Assembly (NCBI GenBank): GCA_018969615.1
Contig: JAGWYA010000002.1
Location: 3,070-67,069 of the forward strand
Length of the DNA stretch: 64,000 nt
Direction of reading: 5' to 3'
Source: Patescibacteria group bacterium
GTDB lineage: Bacteria; Patescibacteriota; Minisyncoccia; UBA6257; 02-FULL-45-10c
This document shows positions 27,960 to 37,344 of the stretch, in pieces. The number at the start of each line of letters is the position of its first letter. Position 1 is the first letter of the stretch. Position numbers and translations under genes: made by a program. The notes below the pieces were generated by a model. It worked only from the letters and a program-made list of their open reading frames with translations. It was not told the DNA's origin and did no database searches.

Positions 27960-29069
27960 ATGAAATTAGTAATACTCAAAAATAATCTCCGCGAAGGATT
28001 AACGGCGATTGACCGGGCTGCGGGAGAACATGCGAACCTTCCGATCCTGAAAAATGTCCTGGTAAAGACCGCTGATAATAAGATCCGCCTTTCGGCGACG
28101 AACCTTGAGATCGCCGCATCGCGGTCCGTATCGGGAAAGATCGTTGAGGAAGGGAGTATTACGGTTCCGCTTGCGACCTTGCTGACGATCGTGAACAATA
28201 CGGCAAGCGAACGGATCACGCTCGAGACCGACCAGAACACGCTGTTTTTCAAGACGGATAACTATGAAGCGACCATTCAGGGTCTTCCTGAAGAGGAATT
28301 TCCGATCATTCCGAAGATCGAGAATAAGAAGGAATATCTCTCGTTCAGCGCGGATGTTCTGCGCGATGCGGTCCTGAAGATCCTTTCAACGATCCAAGTT
28401 TCAGAGATCCGTCCCGAGATCGGCGGGATGCTTTTTGATTTTGAGATCACGTACCTGAAATTTGCGGGAACGGACAGTTTCCGGCTTGCGGAAAAAACGA
28501 TCACGGAAACGAATTTTACCAGCACGTTTACCCGCGGGTTTAAAGTGATCGTTCCGCTGAAAACGATGCAGGAAGTGCTCAGGATCATGGTTAAAGGCGA
28601 GGTGACGATCTTCATTGATCCGAACCAGATCCTCTTTCAAGGCGAGGATACCGAGATCATTTCCCGGCTTATCGAGGGGACCTATCCCGAGTATGACGCG
28701 ATCACGCCGAAATCATTTGAAACGGAAATGACGATCGAACGCGAGCATCTGATGAATGCGGTCAAATTGGTCAGTACGTTCAGCGGAAAAGTGAACGAGA
28801 TCAAAATGAAACTTCACGACGGAAAGAAGGTGTTGGAGGTCTATTCGATGAATCAGGCGCTGGGTGAAAATAAATATCTGGTGCCGGTCAAAGCGAAAGG
28901 GGAATCGTTCGAGACCGCGTTCAATTGGCGGTATGTCATGGAAGGATTGAAGAACTTTGAAAGCGCCGAAGTGTTCTTCGGTGTGAATGGCAGCCATCGT
29001 GCGGCGCTGCTGAAGAATCCGAGCGACGCATCATATTTTTATATTGTGATGCCGATCAATATGAACTAA
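27960..29069 (+). CDS. dnaN: DNA polymerase III beta clamp
   Basis: LPILKNV, ATNLEI, EFP, GTDSFRLA, SRLIEGTYP, IVMP; follows dnaA. Confidence 0.97.
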   Translation: MKLVILKNNLREGLTAIDRAAGEHANLPILKNVLVKTADNKIRLSATNLEIAASRSVSGKIVEEGSITVPLATLLTIVNNTASERITLETDQNTLFFKTDNYEATIQGLPEEEFPIIPKIENKKEYLSFSADVLRDAVLKILSTIQVSEIRPEIGGMLFDFEITYLKFAGTDSFRLAEKTITETNFTSTFTRGFKVIVPLKTMQEVLRIMVKGEVTIFIDPNQILFQGEDTEIISRLIEGTYPEYDAITPKSFETEMTIEREHLMNAVKLVSTFSGKVNEIKMKLHDGKKVLEVYSMNQALGENKYLVPVKAKGESFETAFNWRYVMEGLKNFESAEVFFGVNGSHRAALLKNPSDASYFYIVMPINMN

Positions 29070-29077
29070 AGATATCT

Positions 29078-29117
29078 GCCAATAAAAAACCTCCCGGCCG
29101 GGAGGTTTTTTATTGGC
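29078..29117. terminator. 40-bp perfect palindrome, bidirectional terminator
   Basis: gccaataaaaaacctcccgg|ccgggaggttttttattggc between convergent dnaN and pbp. Confidence 0.8.
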
Positions 29118-31597
29118 TACTTGCGATAGATGATCAGTTGCTGCGTCGTTGTGTTGTTTTGCGCATCGGTTACGCGAAGCGCAAGGGAATTTTGCGGAAG
29201 GACCGCGCCGGGGACGAGGGTAAATTGATACGAGAATGATGTCCCGAACGAGCCGGTGCGGTCGTCAACGACCGTATTATTGAAGAGAAGCTGGATATGC
29301 GCGATGGACGCTGCGGCGCTGATCGATGCGGATACCGGGAACGATGAGGCGATGAATGATCCGTTCGTCGGTGCGGAGAAGGTGATCACCGGAGATCCTC
29401 CTGCGGCCATACCCGGGGTCGCGTTCACGACCGGGTTCGATCCGACCGGGATCGGATGGTTGTAGAGAAGCGAGAAGTTTGTGACGTTCTGTTTTGCCCA
29501 GGAAAGCACCGGATCTTCCCAGTTCTTGAATTGCGGGTCGTTCGTCGGATCAAGCGGCTGCGGTCCCAGTATATTGTCTTTATTGATGTAATAGAGAATG
29601 TTATGGATCTGCGGATAATTTTCCGTGCCGACGGTGTAGTTTACGACATAATCCTTATTGAACATCGGTTTCTGGGAGGCGTACGGTTCCGGTTTATTGA
29701 ATGAGACGAGCGGGCGGTCCTTGAGCGTCGCTTTCATAAATTCGCTCCAGATCGGCATTGCCGCAAGAACGCTGTATCCGTGGTTCTGCATCGGTTCATT
29801 ATCGTTATTTCCCACCCAGACGCCGACGACGAGGTCAGGCGTGTAGCCCATCGTCCATGCATCGCGGTAATCGTTCGTGGTGCCGGTCTTGAGCGCGACC
29901 TCATGGCCCGGAAAGATCGTCATCGCAAGACTGACCGGCAGGAAGAGCCCGGCGCGTGCCTGCGTGTCGGAAAGGATGTCATTGATCATCCGCGGATACT
30001 GCGGATCAATGACCTGCTTCGAGTTATCCTGATATTTTTCAAGAAGATTTCCTTTCGAGTCGGAAACGGAAAGGATCATCGATTGATCATGATGCATGCC
30101 GTCCTGCGCGATCGTGGAATAGGCTGCCACCATATCTTTCATGGTCACTTCGGCACCGCCGAGCGTCAAGGAAAGTCCGTAGCGGCTCCGCTCGGTGAAG
30201 GTACTGATCCCGAAATTCGAGGCGAGGTCGATCATATTATTGATCCCGGCGATATAAAGAGCCTTTACGGCAGGAATGTTCAATGACCAGGCTAACGCAT
30301 CGCGGATCGTCACCGGACCTTTCGAATCCGTTTCAAAATCGGTCGGTTTATAGCTGTTCTGGGGGATGCCGGTCGTATCAAACTCGGTTGGAACATCGAA
30401 GAGGACGGTATCCGGCGTCAGGCCTTTCTCAAAGGCGGCCATATACGTGAACGGTTTGATCGCGGATCCCGGCTGGCGCAATGCCTGCGTTGCCGCGTTG
30501 AAATTTCCTTCAAAGAGACAATTCTTTCCCGGTGTGCATCCTGCTGGTTCCGGAGCGCCGAAATAATCCTTGGATCCCACCATGGCGAGGATCTGTCCGG
30601 TCGTCGAATCTTCGGCCATGAGCGCGGCATTGTCTCCGGCATAGAGCTTTGTATTGTTCGCGGCGCCGTCCGCAACCGCTTTTTCAGCTTCCTGCTGCAT
30701 ATTCCAATCAAGCGTCGTGACCACCGTGAGCCCCGCCGTTCGGACATAGGATTCCCCGTATTTGTTATTGAGATAATTTTCTACCGTAAGAACGAAATGC
30801 GGCGCCTTGATGCTGGTCGTTTGCGGAGCGAGCTGGACATTTTCGTTCAGCGCCTGCTGATATTGCGCATCGGTGATATAGCCGTACGCTTTCATATTTT
30901 CGAGGACCTGGGCCTTGCGTTGCATGAGCGCCGAAACATTGCTGCCGTCGGAATAATACGTCGGTGCCTGCGGGAGGCTTGATAAGACCGCCGATTCGGC
31001 AAGATCAAGATCGGAGGCGTGTTTATTGAAATAGGTTTCGGCAGCCGCTTCAATGCCATAGGCATTGTTCCCGTAAGGGATCTGGTTCAGATACATACCC
31101 AGGATCTGGTCCTTGGTATAGTGGCGCTCCAATTCGACCGCGACGATCAGTTCGCGGACCTTCCGGAGGATCGTTTTTTGCGGCGAGAGGAAGGCGTTTT
31201 TGGCGAGCTGTTGGGTGATGGTAGAGCCGCCCTGAACGTAGCCGCCGGCAATGAAATCAGCGAAGACCGAGCGGAGGATCGCCTGCCAGTCGAAGGCCGG
31301 TTCGGAATAGAAGTTATGGTCCTCGATGGAGATCGTTGCGTCTTTGACGTAGGAAGGAATATCGGAGAACGGGATCGTCGTCCGTTTTTCATCGCCGTGG
31401 ATCTCATACAGAAGGACGGTTCCGGTCCGGTCATAGATCTTGGTCGACTGTGCGACCTGGCGGTTCGCAAATTGTTCAGGGCTCGGAAGATCGCTCATGA
31501 CGACCGCCGTGAATGCCAAGCCGCCCGCGATCAGCGCGACGATGACCAAAGTGGCTGTAATACCCTTATTTTCCCGAACAAAACGAGGAAGCTTCAT
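29117..31597 (-). CDS. Class A penicillin-binding protein (PBP1A family) with C-terminal Ig-like domain
   Basis: TM anchor; glycosyltransferase EDHNFY, GGSTITQQLAKN; transpeptidase SAIK, SLN, KTGT. Confidence 0.95.
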   Translation of the reverse strand: MKLPRFVRENKGITATLVIVALIAGGLAFTAVVMSDLPSPEQFANRQVAQSTKIYDRTGTVLLYEIHGDEKRTTIPFSDIPSYVKDATISIEDHNFYSEPAFDWQAILRSVFADFIAGGYVQGGSTITQQLAKNAFLSPQKTILRKVRELIVAVELERHYTKDQILGMYLNQIPYGNNAYGIEAAAETYFNKHASDLDLAESAVLSSLPQAPTYYSDGSNVSALMQRKAQVLENMKAYGYITDAQYQQALNENVQLAPQTTSIKAPHFVLTVENYLNNKYGESYVRTAGLTVVTTLDWNMQQEAEKAVADGAANNTKLYAGDNAALMAEDSTTGQILAMVGSKDYFGAPEPAGCTPGKNCLFEGNFNAATQALRQPGSAIKPFTYMAAFEKGLTPDTVLFDVPTEFDTTGIPQNSYKPTDFETDSKGPVTIRDALAWSLNIPAVKALYIAGINNMIDLASNFGISTFTERSRYGLSLTLGGAEVTMKDMVAAYSTIAQDGMHHDQSMILSVSDSKGNLLEKYQDNSKQVIDPQYPRMINDILSDTQARAGLFLPVSLAMTIFPGHEVALKTGTTNDYRDAWTMGYTPDLVVGVWVGNNDNEPMQNHGYSVLAAMPIWSEFMKATLKDRPLVSFNKPEPYASQKPMFNKDYVVNYTVGTENYPQIHNILYYINKDNILGPQPLDPTNDPQFKNWEDPVLSWAKQNVTNFSLLYNHPIPVGSNPVVNATPGMAAGGSPVITFSAPTNGSFIASSFPVSASISAAASIAHIQLLFNNTVVDDRTGSFGTSFSYQFTLVPGAVLPQNSLALRVTDAQNNTTTQQLIIYRK

Positions 31598-31694
31598 ATA
31601 TCGAGTGATACTATACTATAACTCTTCATCCTTATAAAACAATAACAGCCGGTACCGGCTGTTATGGTCAGATCTGCACGAATCCTAAGACTTT

Positions 31695-31865
31695 TTAGTA
31701 TTCATCGGACGGCGCATCCTTATCGGACCCGTCCGAGTCATCATCGTCGTCTTCATCATCGAACTCGAACAGTTCATCATCATCTCCGTCGTCGAGCCGT
31801 TCTTCTTCCTCAAGCTCTTCGTCGAGGACGTCGTCGTTCGTAGTTTTCTTTTTTTGCTTCGGCAT
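31695..31865 (-). CDS. Small Lys-tipped, highly acidic protein (56 aa)
   Basis: MPKQKKKTTNDDVLDEELEEEERLDDGDDDELFEFDDEDDDDDSDGSDKDAPSDEY; TTGACA-like -35 upstream on minus strand at 31979-31984. Confidence 0.6.
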   Translation of the reverse strand: MPKQKKKTTNDDVLDEELEEEERLDDGDDDELFEFDDEDDDDDSDGSDKDAPSDEY

Positions 31866-31993
31866 TGTTCTTGGTGCGGCGCATCCGCGCCGGTATTTAC
31901 GCCAATACGACCTTTGAAATGATAGTGACCAAAAGAGGTAATGTAACTTACAGGAAAGTATAGCGGAGCCGTGAAGAGTGTCAAGGGGCTGTT

Positions 31994-32500
31994 TTAGGCG
32001 CCCCACTCCCGTTTTTGGGATGCGGCGATCGCGATCGCCAGCGCATCGCTGGCGTCGTCATAGCCTTTGATCGAGGGGAGTCCCAGCAGTTTTGCGGTCA
32101 TGGAAGCAACGCCTTTTTTATCGGCGTTGCCGTATCCGGTCACGGCGCGTTTAACCTCGGAAGGCGTGAACTCTTCGATCGGAATACCGAAGTGTGCAAC
32201 TTCATTAATGAGCGCGCCGCGGGCTTGGGCGACCTCGATACCCGTCTTAACGTTCTTGGTGAAAAAAAGCTTCTCTATCCCGATCTTCTCGGGATGGTGG
32301 GTCGTTATAATGGTTCGAAGTTCTTCCGATGCTTTTTCAAGCAGCGCGGCAAGGATGTTTCCCGAGCCGTGCGCCTGCTCGGCCACTTTTTTGCGGTCGA
32401 TCTCGATCACGCCGTAGGCGATCATTGATAACGTTCGGTCAGTGCGGATCACTCCGTAGCCGATACGGGTGCTGCCTGGGTCGATGCCGAGGATGATCAT
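31994..32500 (-). CDS. ruvC: Holliday junction resolvase RuvC
   Basis: ILGIDPG, IEKLFF.KN, QARG, TPSEVKRAVTGYGNADK, DDASDALAIA. Confidence 0.96.
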   Translation of the reverse strand: MIILGIDPGSTRIGYGVIRTDRTLSMIAYGVIEIDRKKVAEQAHGSGNILAALLEKASEELRTIITTHHPEKIGIEKLFFTKNVKTGIEVAQARGALINEVAHFGIPIEEFTPSEVKRAVTGYGNADKKGVASMTAKLLGLPSIKGYDDASDALAIAIAASQKREWGA

Positions 32501-32506
32501 ACTGAG

Positions 32507-33034
32507 CTATGCGGCTGCGTTGGTCGTGACGAGTTGGACGTCGTCATGGTCATTCAGAGCTTCTACGAGCTCGGCGATCTGCGCTTTCGCGGTATCGCTG
32601 ATCGCCTGAGGGAATTTTGCCTGCCACACCCCGTCCTTTTTTTCGAATGACCAGAGCACGCTTCCCGGAGTTGCGATCTTGGCGTTATGTTCCGAGAGAA
32701 GATGCTTCACTTCGGCGATCGTCCGATTCGTGTTGTCGGTGATGCCTTCGATGATGAGCGCGACGCCCTCCGGGCCGTAGGCTTCGACGACGACATCCTC
32801 AAGCGGTTTTTCTTCGGATGCTTTCGAGACAGCGCGGTCGATATTATCCTGGGGTACGTTCGCTTTCTTCGCCTGGTCGATCGCGGAGCGGAGGCGGGGA
32901 TTGAACTGCGGATTCGGGTCGGCCTTCGCCGCGATGGCGATCGCCTTGAGGAGTTTGGAGAAAAGAAGTCCGCGTTTCTTATCCGCCGCACCTTTCTGAT
33001 TTTTGATCTGTGACCATTTATTGTGTCCTGACAT
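32507..33034 (-). CDS. yebC: YebC/PmpR family protein (short form)
   Basis: MSGHNKWSQIK, NPRLR, EAYGPEG, TDNTNRT, DHDDVQ; adjacent to ruvC. Confidence 0.92.
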   Translation of the reverse strand: MSGHNKWSQIKNQKGAADKKRGLLFSKLLKAIAIAAKADPNPQFNPRLRSAIDQAKKANVPQDNIDRAVSKASEEKPLEDVVVEAYGPEGVALIIEGITDNTNRTIAEVKHLLSEHNAKIATPGSVLWSFEKKDGVWQAKFPQAISDTAKAQIAELVEALNDHDDVQLVTTNAAA

Positions 33035-33137
33035 ATATAGTCAGTATATAAAAAAATAGATTTCACGCCAGGGCAGCCGCATATGCTATCCACAAGATTC
33101 CTTGTGTAATGGCCCATGCGGGAGTATTTTTAAGGTA

Positions 33138-34820
33138 ATGGCTCAGGACCAGGGAGATGCGGGACAATTGAAAAGTATCCTTGCAAAAGCCCGTCATGAA
33201 GCGGAAGAACGGGACGCGCAACGCCGCGCCGGAGCGGCGGGGGCTCTTTATATCGACCTGGCGACCCAGCCGGTGGAAACTGACGCCCTGAACCTTCTGT
33301 CCGAGGAGGAAGCCCGTGCGGCAGGGATCGCCGTGATCGAAAAAAAGGGGGATAAGATCGTAGTGGCCGCGTATGACCCCGGATCACCGAAGACGAAGGA
33401 GTGCATTGCCGATCTTGAGAAAAAAGGACTGAAAACCCGCGTTTTCGGTGCGTCGCAAACAAGCATGGAGCGCGCCTGGGAATTCTATAAATATGTAACG
33501 AAAAAAACCGGGCCGATCACCGGGCGCATTGATGTGGATAAGGAGCGCGTTGAGGGATTGATCAAAAAGCTTTCCACGCTGGACCTGGTCCGCGATGAGA
33601 TCGAACACTTCGATTTCAAGAAATTTTCGACCGCGCAGATCCTCGAGATCGTCTTGGCGGGCGCGCTCAGGAACCGCGCATCCGATATCCATTTTGAGGC
33701 CGGACGGCTGGCGGTCAAATTGCGGTACCGCATTGACGGCGACCTTCATGAAGTGTTGAACGATCTGAAACCGGTGCTGTATTCGCACATCGTCTCACGG
33801 ATCAAGCTGCTTTCGAACTTGAAACTGAACGTCCGCGATGAAGCGCAGGACGGCCGATTCACGATCGGCATCGGGGCAAAGGAGATCGAGATCCGCGTGG
33901 CCGTCGCCCCCTCCGAGTTCGGCGAAGTGATCGTGATGCGCGTGCTCGATCCGGATGCGATCAATCTGAGCCTGCAAGACCTGGGCTTGCGGAGCGACGA
34001 TCTCGTGATCGTCGAAAAGGAACTGAACCGTCCGAACGGCATGATCCTCAATACCGGTCCGACCGGGTCCGGTAAGACGACGACGCTGTACGCGTTCCTG
34101 CGGCATAAGAATTCGGAGGACATTAAGATCATTACCGTTGAAGACCCGATCGAATATCACGTTGAGGGGATCGAGCAGACGCAAGTCGATGTTGAGGCTG
34201 ACTACACGTTCGCGAACGGCTTGAAGTCATTGATGCGCCAGGACCCGGACGTCATCCTGATCGGTGAGATCCGCGACAAGGAAACCGCCGAGATCGCGAT
34301 CCAGGCGGCGCTGACCGGCCATTTGGTTTTCTCGACCGTGCATGCAAATGAAGCGTCGGGTGCGATCCCGCGTTTATTAGACCTCGGCGTGAAAGCGAAC
34401 AGCATCGGTCCGGCGTTGAACCTGATCATTGCGCAGCGTTTGGTGAAGCGGCTGTGCGAACCGTGCAAGGTTGCAGCGGCGCCGTCGAAGGAACTGACCG
34501 CACAGATCGCTGCGCTTGCGAAGGCATTGCCTGAGCGTGTGGACCGTGCTCTTTTGAAAGACGTGAAGATCTTCGCGCCGAAAGGATGCGATGCCTGCGG
34601 CGGAACCGGGTTCCGCGGGCGTATCGGAATCTACGAACTTCTCAGAGTAACAAAAGAGCTTGAAGAGCTCATGGCGAAGGGCGCGGGAGAGATCGCGATC
34701 CAGGAATATGCCGTGAAACAAGGAATGGTGACGATGCAGCAGGACGGGTTGTTGAAGGTCCTTGCGGGCGTCACTACGGTCGATGAAGTGGAAAAAGTAA
34801 CAGGCCCGATCGGAGAATAG
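33138..34820 (+). CDS. GspE/PilB type IV pilus assembly ATPase
   Basis: ASDIHFE, RIDG, QDGRF, GPTGSGKTTTLY, EDPIEY, RQDPDVILIGEIRD, TGHLVFSTVH, two CxxC. Confidence 0.93.
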   Translation: MAQDQGDAGQLKSILAKARHEAEERDAQRRAGAAGALYIDLATQPVETDALNLLSEEEARAAGIAVIEKKGDKIVVAAYDPGSPKTKECIADLEKKGLKTRVFGASQTSMERAWEFYKYVTKKTGPITGRIDVDKERVEGLIKKLSTLDLVRDEIEHFDFKKFSTAQILEIVLAGALRNRASDIHFEAGRLAVKLRYRIDGDLHEVLNDLKPVLYSHIVSRIKLLSNLKLNVRDEAQDGRFTIGIGAKEIEIRVAVAPSEFGEVIVMRVLDPDAINLSLQDLGLRSDDLVIVEKELNRPNGMILNTGPTGSGKTTTLYAFLRHKNSEDIKIITVEDPIEYHVEGIEQTQVDVEADYTFANGLKSLMRQDPDVILIGEIRDKETAEIAIQAALTGHLVFSTVHANEASGAIPRLLDLGVKANSIGPALNLIIAQRLVKRLCEPCKVAAAPSKELTAQIAALAKALPERVDRALLKDVKIFAPKGCDACGGTGFRGRIGIYELLRVTKELEELMAKGAGEIAIQEYAVKQGMVTMQQDGLLKVLAGVTTVDEVEKVTGPIGE

Positions 34821-34831
34821 CTTTAAAATAA

Positions 34832-34996
34832 AAATAGAAGGCTTTGTTCTGTGGGCAAATATCCCGTCAGGGAAAAAGTGGAACTTTCCTAAAATAAATT
34901 TTAGAAAAGGTTAGAATTATTCTGAGGAGTGGCCTCGCCTGAGCCAAGCCATCCGTCTAGAAGTAATTCCCGCCCACAGAACAAAACCTTCTATTT
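34832..34996. other. 165-bp structured intergenic element (ncRNA or MITE-like)
   Basis: 25-bp IR with one mismatch, aaatagaaggctttgttctgtgggc / gcccacagaacaaaaccttctattt, enclosing internal stems. Confidence 0.6.
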
Positions 34997-35062
34997 ATCG
35001 GAGAACACCTGCATTGGATTGATAATAATATAGCATAAATAAATACTATTGTCAATACCCTT

Positions 35063-36091
35063 ATGGAATCACAAAACACAAAAAAAAGTATACCAAAAAA
35101 GGACCCGAAAAGGGAAGAGGACGCGCACATTGATCTCGCGCTCCGTCCTTCGAATTGGGAAGACTATATCGGACAGGAAAAGATCAAGAAAAACCTCCGG
35201 GTGATCCTGGACGCGGCGTTGAAGCGCGCGGAATCATCCGATCACCTGCTGTTCTACGGCCAGGCGGGCCTCGGCAAGACGACGCTCGCGCATTTGGTCG
35301 CCAAAGAGATGGGCGCGAACCTGAAAGTGACCTCCGGACCGACGTTGGAAAAGATGGGGGACCTTGCGGCGATCCTTAGTAACCTCGAAAGCGGCGACGT
35401 ACTGTTCATTGATGAGGCGCACCGGTTGAACCATCAGATCGAAGAAGTGCTCTATCCGGCGCTTGAGAGCCGGAAGCTCCACTTGGTGATCGGCAAAGGA
35501 CCGGGCGCACGAACCTTCTCGCTTGATCTTCCGCCGTTCACACTGATCGCGGCGACCACGCGCGCGAACTTGCTGTCCGGCCCGCTTCGTTCCCGATTCG
35601 GTGCATCGTTCAAATTGGATTACTACACCGTTGCCGACATTGAGGCGATCCTGGAGCGTTCGGCGAAGCTTCTCGGCGTGGCCGCGGAACCGGCGGCGCT
35701 GAATGCGATCGCAAAAGCGTCCCGGTTCACGCCGCGCATTGCGAACCGGCTTTTGAAGCGCGCCCGCGATTATGCGGAGGTGAACGATATGCCGACGATC
35801 ACGGAAGAAGCGGCGCGCAACGCGCTTGAAATGCTGGAGATCGACGAGCTCGGCCTTGAGCCGACCGACCGGCAGCTCCTTTCGATCATTATCGAGAAGT
35901 TCAACGGCGGTCCGGTCGGGATCCAGACCCTCGCCGCGGCGTTGAACGATGACCGCGGGATCATTGAGGACGTGTATGAGCCGTATCTGATGAGCATCGG
36001 ACTATTGAACCGTACGCCGGCAGGTCGCCGCGTGACCGCGGAGGGGTACAAGCACCTCGGATACAAGATCTCTAAGGACGGACTGCTTTAA
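35063..36091 (+). CDS. ruvB: Holliday junction branch migration helicase RuvB
   Basis: LRP...YIGQ, GLGKTTLA, LFIDEAHRL, EEVLYPA, FTLIAATTR, TPRIANRLL, YEPYL, RTPAGR. Confidence 0.97.
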   Translation: MESQNTKKSIPKKDPKREEDAHIDLALRPSNWEDYIGQEKIKKNLRVILDAALKRAESSDHLLFYGQAGLGKTTLAHLVAKEMGANLKVTSGPTLEKMGDLAAILSNLESGDVLFIDEAHRLNHQIEEVLYPALESRKLHLVIGKGPGARTFSLDLPPFTLIAATTRANLLSGPLRSRFGASFKLDYYTVADIEAILERSAKLLGVAAEPAALNAIAKASRFTPRIANRLLKRARDYAEVNDMPTITEEAARNALEMLEIDELGLEPTDRQLLSIIIEKFNGGPVGIQTLAAALNDDRGIIEDVYEPYLMSIGLLNRTPAGRRVTAEGYKHLGYKISKDGLL

Positions 36092-36100
36092 AGATCGATT

Positions 36101-36685
36101 ATGGATAATCCATTGGAAAAAATGATGCGGCAGGGGAACAGAGAAAAAATTGAGGAACCCTCAGAGCTTCATGAAGAAGAGCAAAAATCGATCACGACCG
36201 GCAGGCTTGAAGAATTAGCCGCAGATATTAAAAAGATGTCGGTGATCCCTCCGATCAGCGATGAATATTTTTTAAACAAAGAAGCGGTAGAACTTGATGC
36301 GGAATTAAGTGAATTTGTTGCAGCAGAAAACCGACTCGATTCTAATTCGAAGAAAAAATTATATCGGCGGCTCAAACAGGAAGTTCTTGATGAAAAAATA
36401 AAAGAATTTCAAACCCATGCGCATGGAACAGTGAATGAAATAGCGGAAAAAGTGCGGCTCGCCACGCGCCCCGCCCTTTCTTCAGATGAGGAGATGCAAT
36501 TGGAAATATATCTAGGAAAAGCACCGGCATGGCAGCGTTTAAAAGCGGTGGAATCTTTGGAAGAAGTTTTTAAGAAGGTCGGTTTTGTCGACCCTCAACT
36601 GCAAGAGAAGATTAAGGAAATAGAGAAAATGATCGGTAAAGATGACTATAGGACACAGGAAGCAAAATTAGGCGGATATGATTAA
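36101..36685 (+). CDS. Hypothetical charged helical protein
   Basis: 194-aa AT-richer ORF right after ruvB, followed by terminator 36706-36728. Confidence 0.7.
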   Translation: MDNPLEKMMRQGNREKIEEPSELHEEEQKSITTGRLEELAADIKKMSVIPPISDEYFLNKEAVELDAELSEFVAAENRLDSNSKKKLYRRLKQEVLDEKIKEFQTHAHGTVNEIAEKVRLATRPALSSDEEMQLEIYLGKAPAWQRLKAVESLEEVFKKVGFVDPQLQEKIKEIEKMIGKDDYRTQEAKLGGYD

Positions 36686-36760
36686 GGTAATACCCTAAGA
36701 AGCGCAAGAGCCCGTATGGGCTCTTTTTATTGGCGGCGAGTGAGCGTAAACTAAGAGCAT

Positions 36761-37276
36761 ATGCGCAGTTCATCGATCCATATGACCCGGCGCTTCGCGG
36801 CCCGGCTGGCAAGGCGGATCCTGAAAAAGGGACCGTTGCGTTCCGGTGCGACGATCGTCGCGCTCCGGGGAGATCTTGGCGCGGGAAAGACGACGTTCAC
36901 TCAGGGGTTCGTGAAAGCGCTCGGCGTGAAGGGGCGGGTGACGAGTCCGACCTTTTTGCTGATGCGGCGGTATGCGCTAAAGAGTCGAAAGTCCCGCCAA
37001 AGGCGAGGCTCCCGCTTCGCAGCGAGGCGAGCGCCAAAGGCGGCAAAGGTCAAAGGTCACATGTTTAAAAATGTCTACCATTTCGACCTCTATCGCATCC
37101 AGCGGGCAAGCGATCTGCAGGCGCTTGAGTTCAATAAGATCATTGCGGAACCGGCGAATATCGTGCTGATCGAATGGCCGGAGCGACTGGGAAAAAAGAA
37201 GCATGCGCATACGGTTCATTTCAAGCACGGAAAAAATGAAAAAGAGCGTGAGATTAGAATTAAGAATACTGAATAG
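36761..37276 (+). CDS. tsaE: tRNA threonylcarbamoyladenosine biosynthesis ATPase TsaE, with insertion
   Basis: LRGDLGAGKTTF, VTSPTF, YHFDLYR, IEWPE; ~25-aa basic insertion between SPTF and HFDLYR. Confidence 0.93.
   Translation: MRSSSIHMTRRFAARLARRILKKGPLRSGATIVALRGDLGAGKTTFTQGFVKALGVKGRVTSPTFLLMRRYALKSRKSRQRRGSRFAARRAPKAAKVKGHMFKNVYHFDLYRIQRASDLQALEFNKIIAEPANIVLIEWPERLGKKKHAHTVHFKHGKNEKEREIRIKNTE
36980..37058. repeat. In-frame composite repeat insertion in tsaE
   Basis: AAGAGTC GAAAGTC [ccgccaaaggcg...cgcttcgc-a-gcgaggcg...cgccaaaggcgg] AAAGGTC AAAGGTC. Confidence 0.7.
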
Positions 37277-37337
37277 TGAATCAGGAACAGGTCCGGTAAT
37301 GCCAGCTTCCTTATTCGCAATTCATGCTTCATAATTC
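37257..37337. repeat. Inverted GAATNNN heptamer arrays at tsaE / exonuclease junction
   Basis: GAATTAA GAATACT GAATAGT GAATCAG - 25 nt - CTTATTC GCAATTC ATGCTTC ATAATTC; contains tsaE stop. Confidence 0.82.
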
Positions 37338-37344
37338 ATTATAT

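Noticed and set aside
29078-29117. 40-bp perfect palindrome as a telomere-resolution or recombination site
   Set aside because: Position between convergent genes and A/T tracts on both sides fit a bidirectional terminator; no resolvase nearby.
33086-33094. DnaA-box-like CTATCCACA between yebC and pilB
   Set aside because: A single mismatched 9-mer is too weak to claim DnaA regulation.
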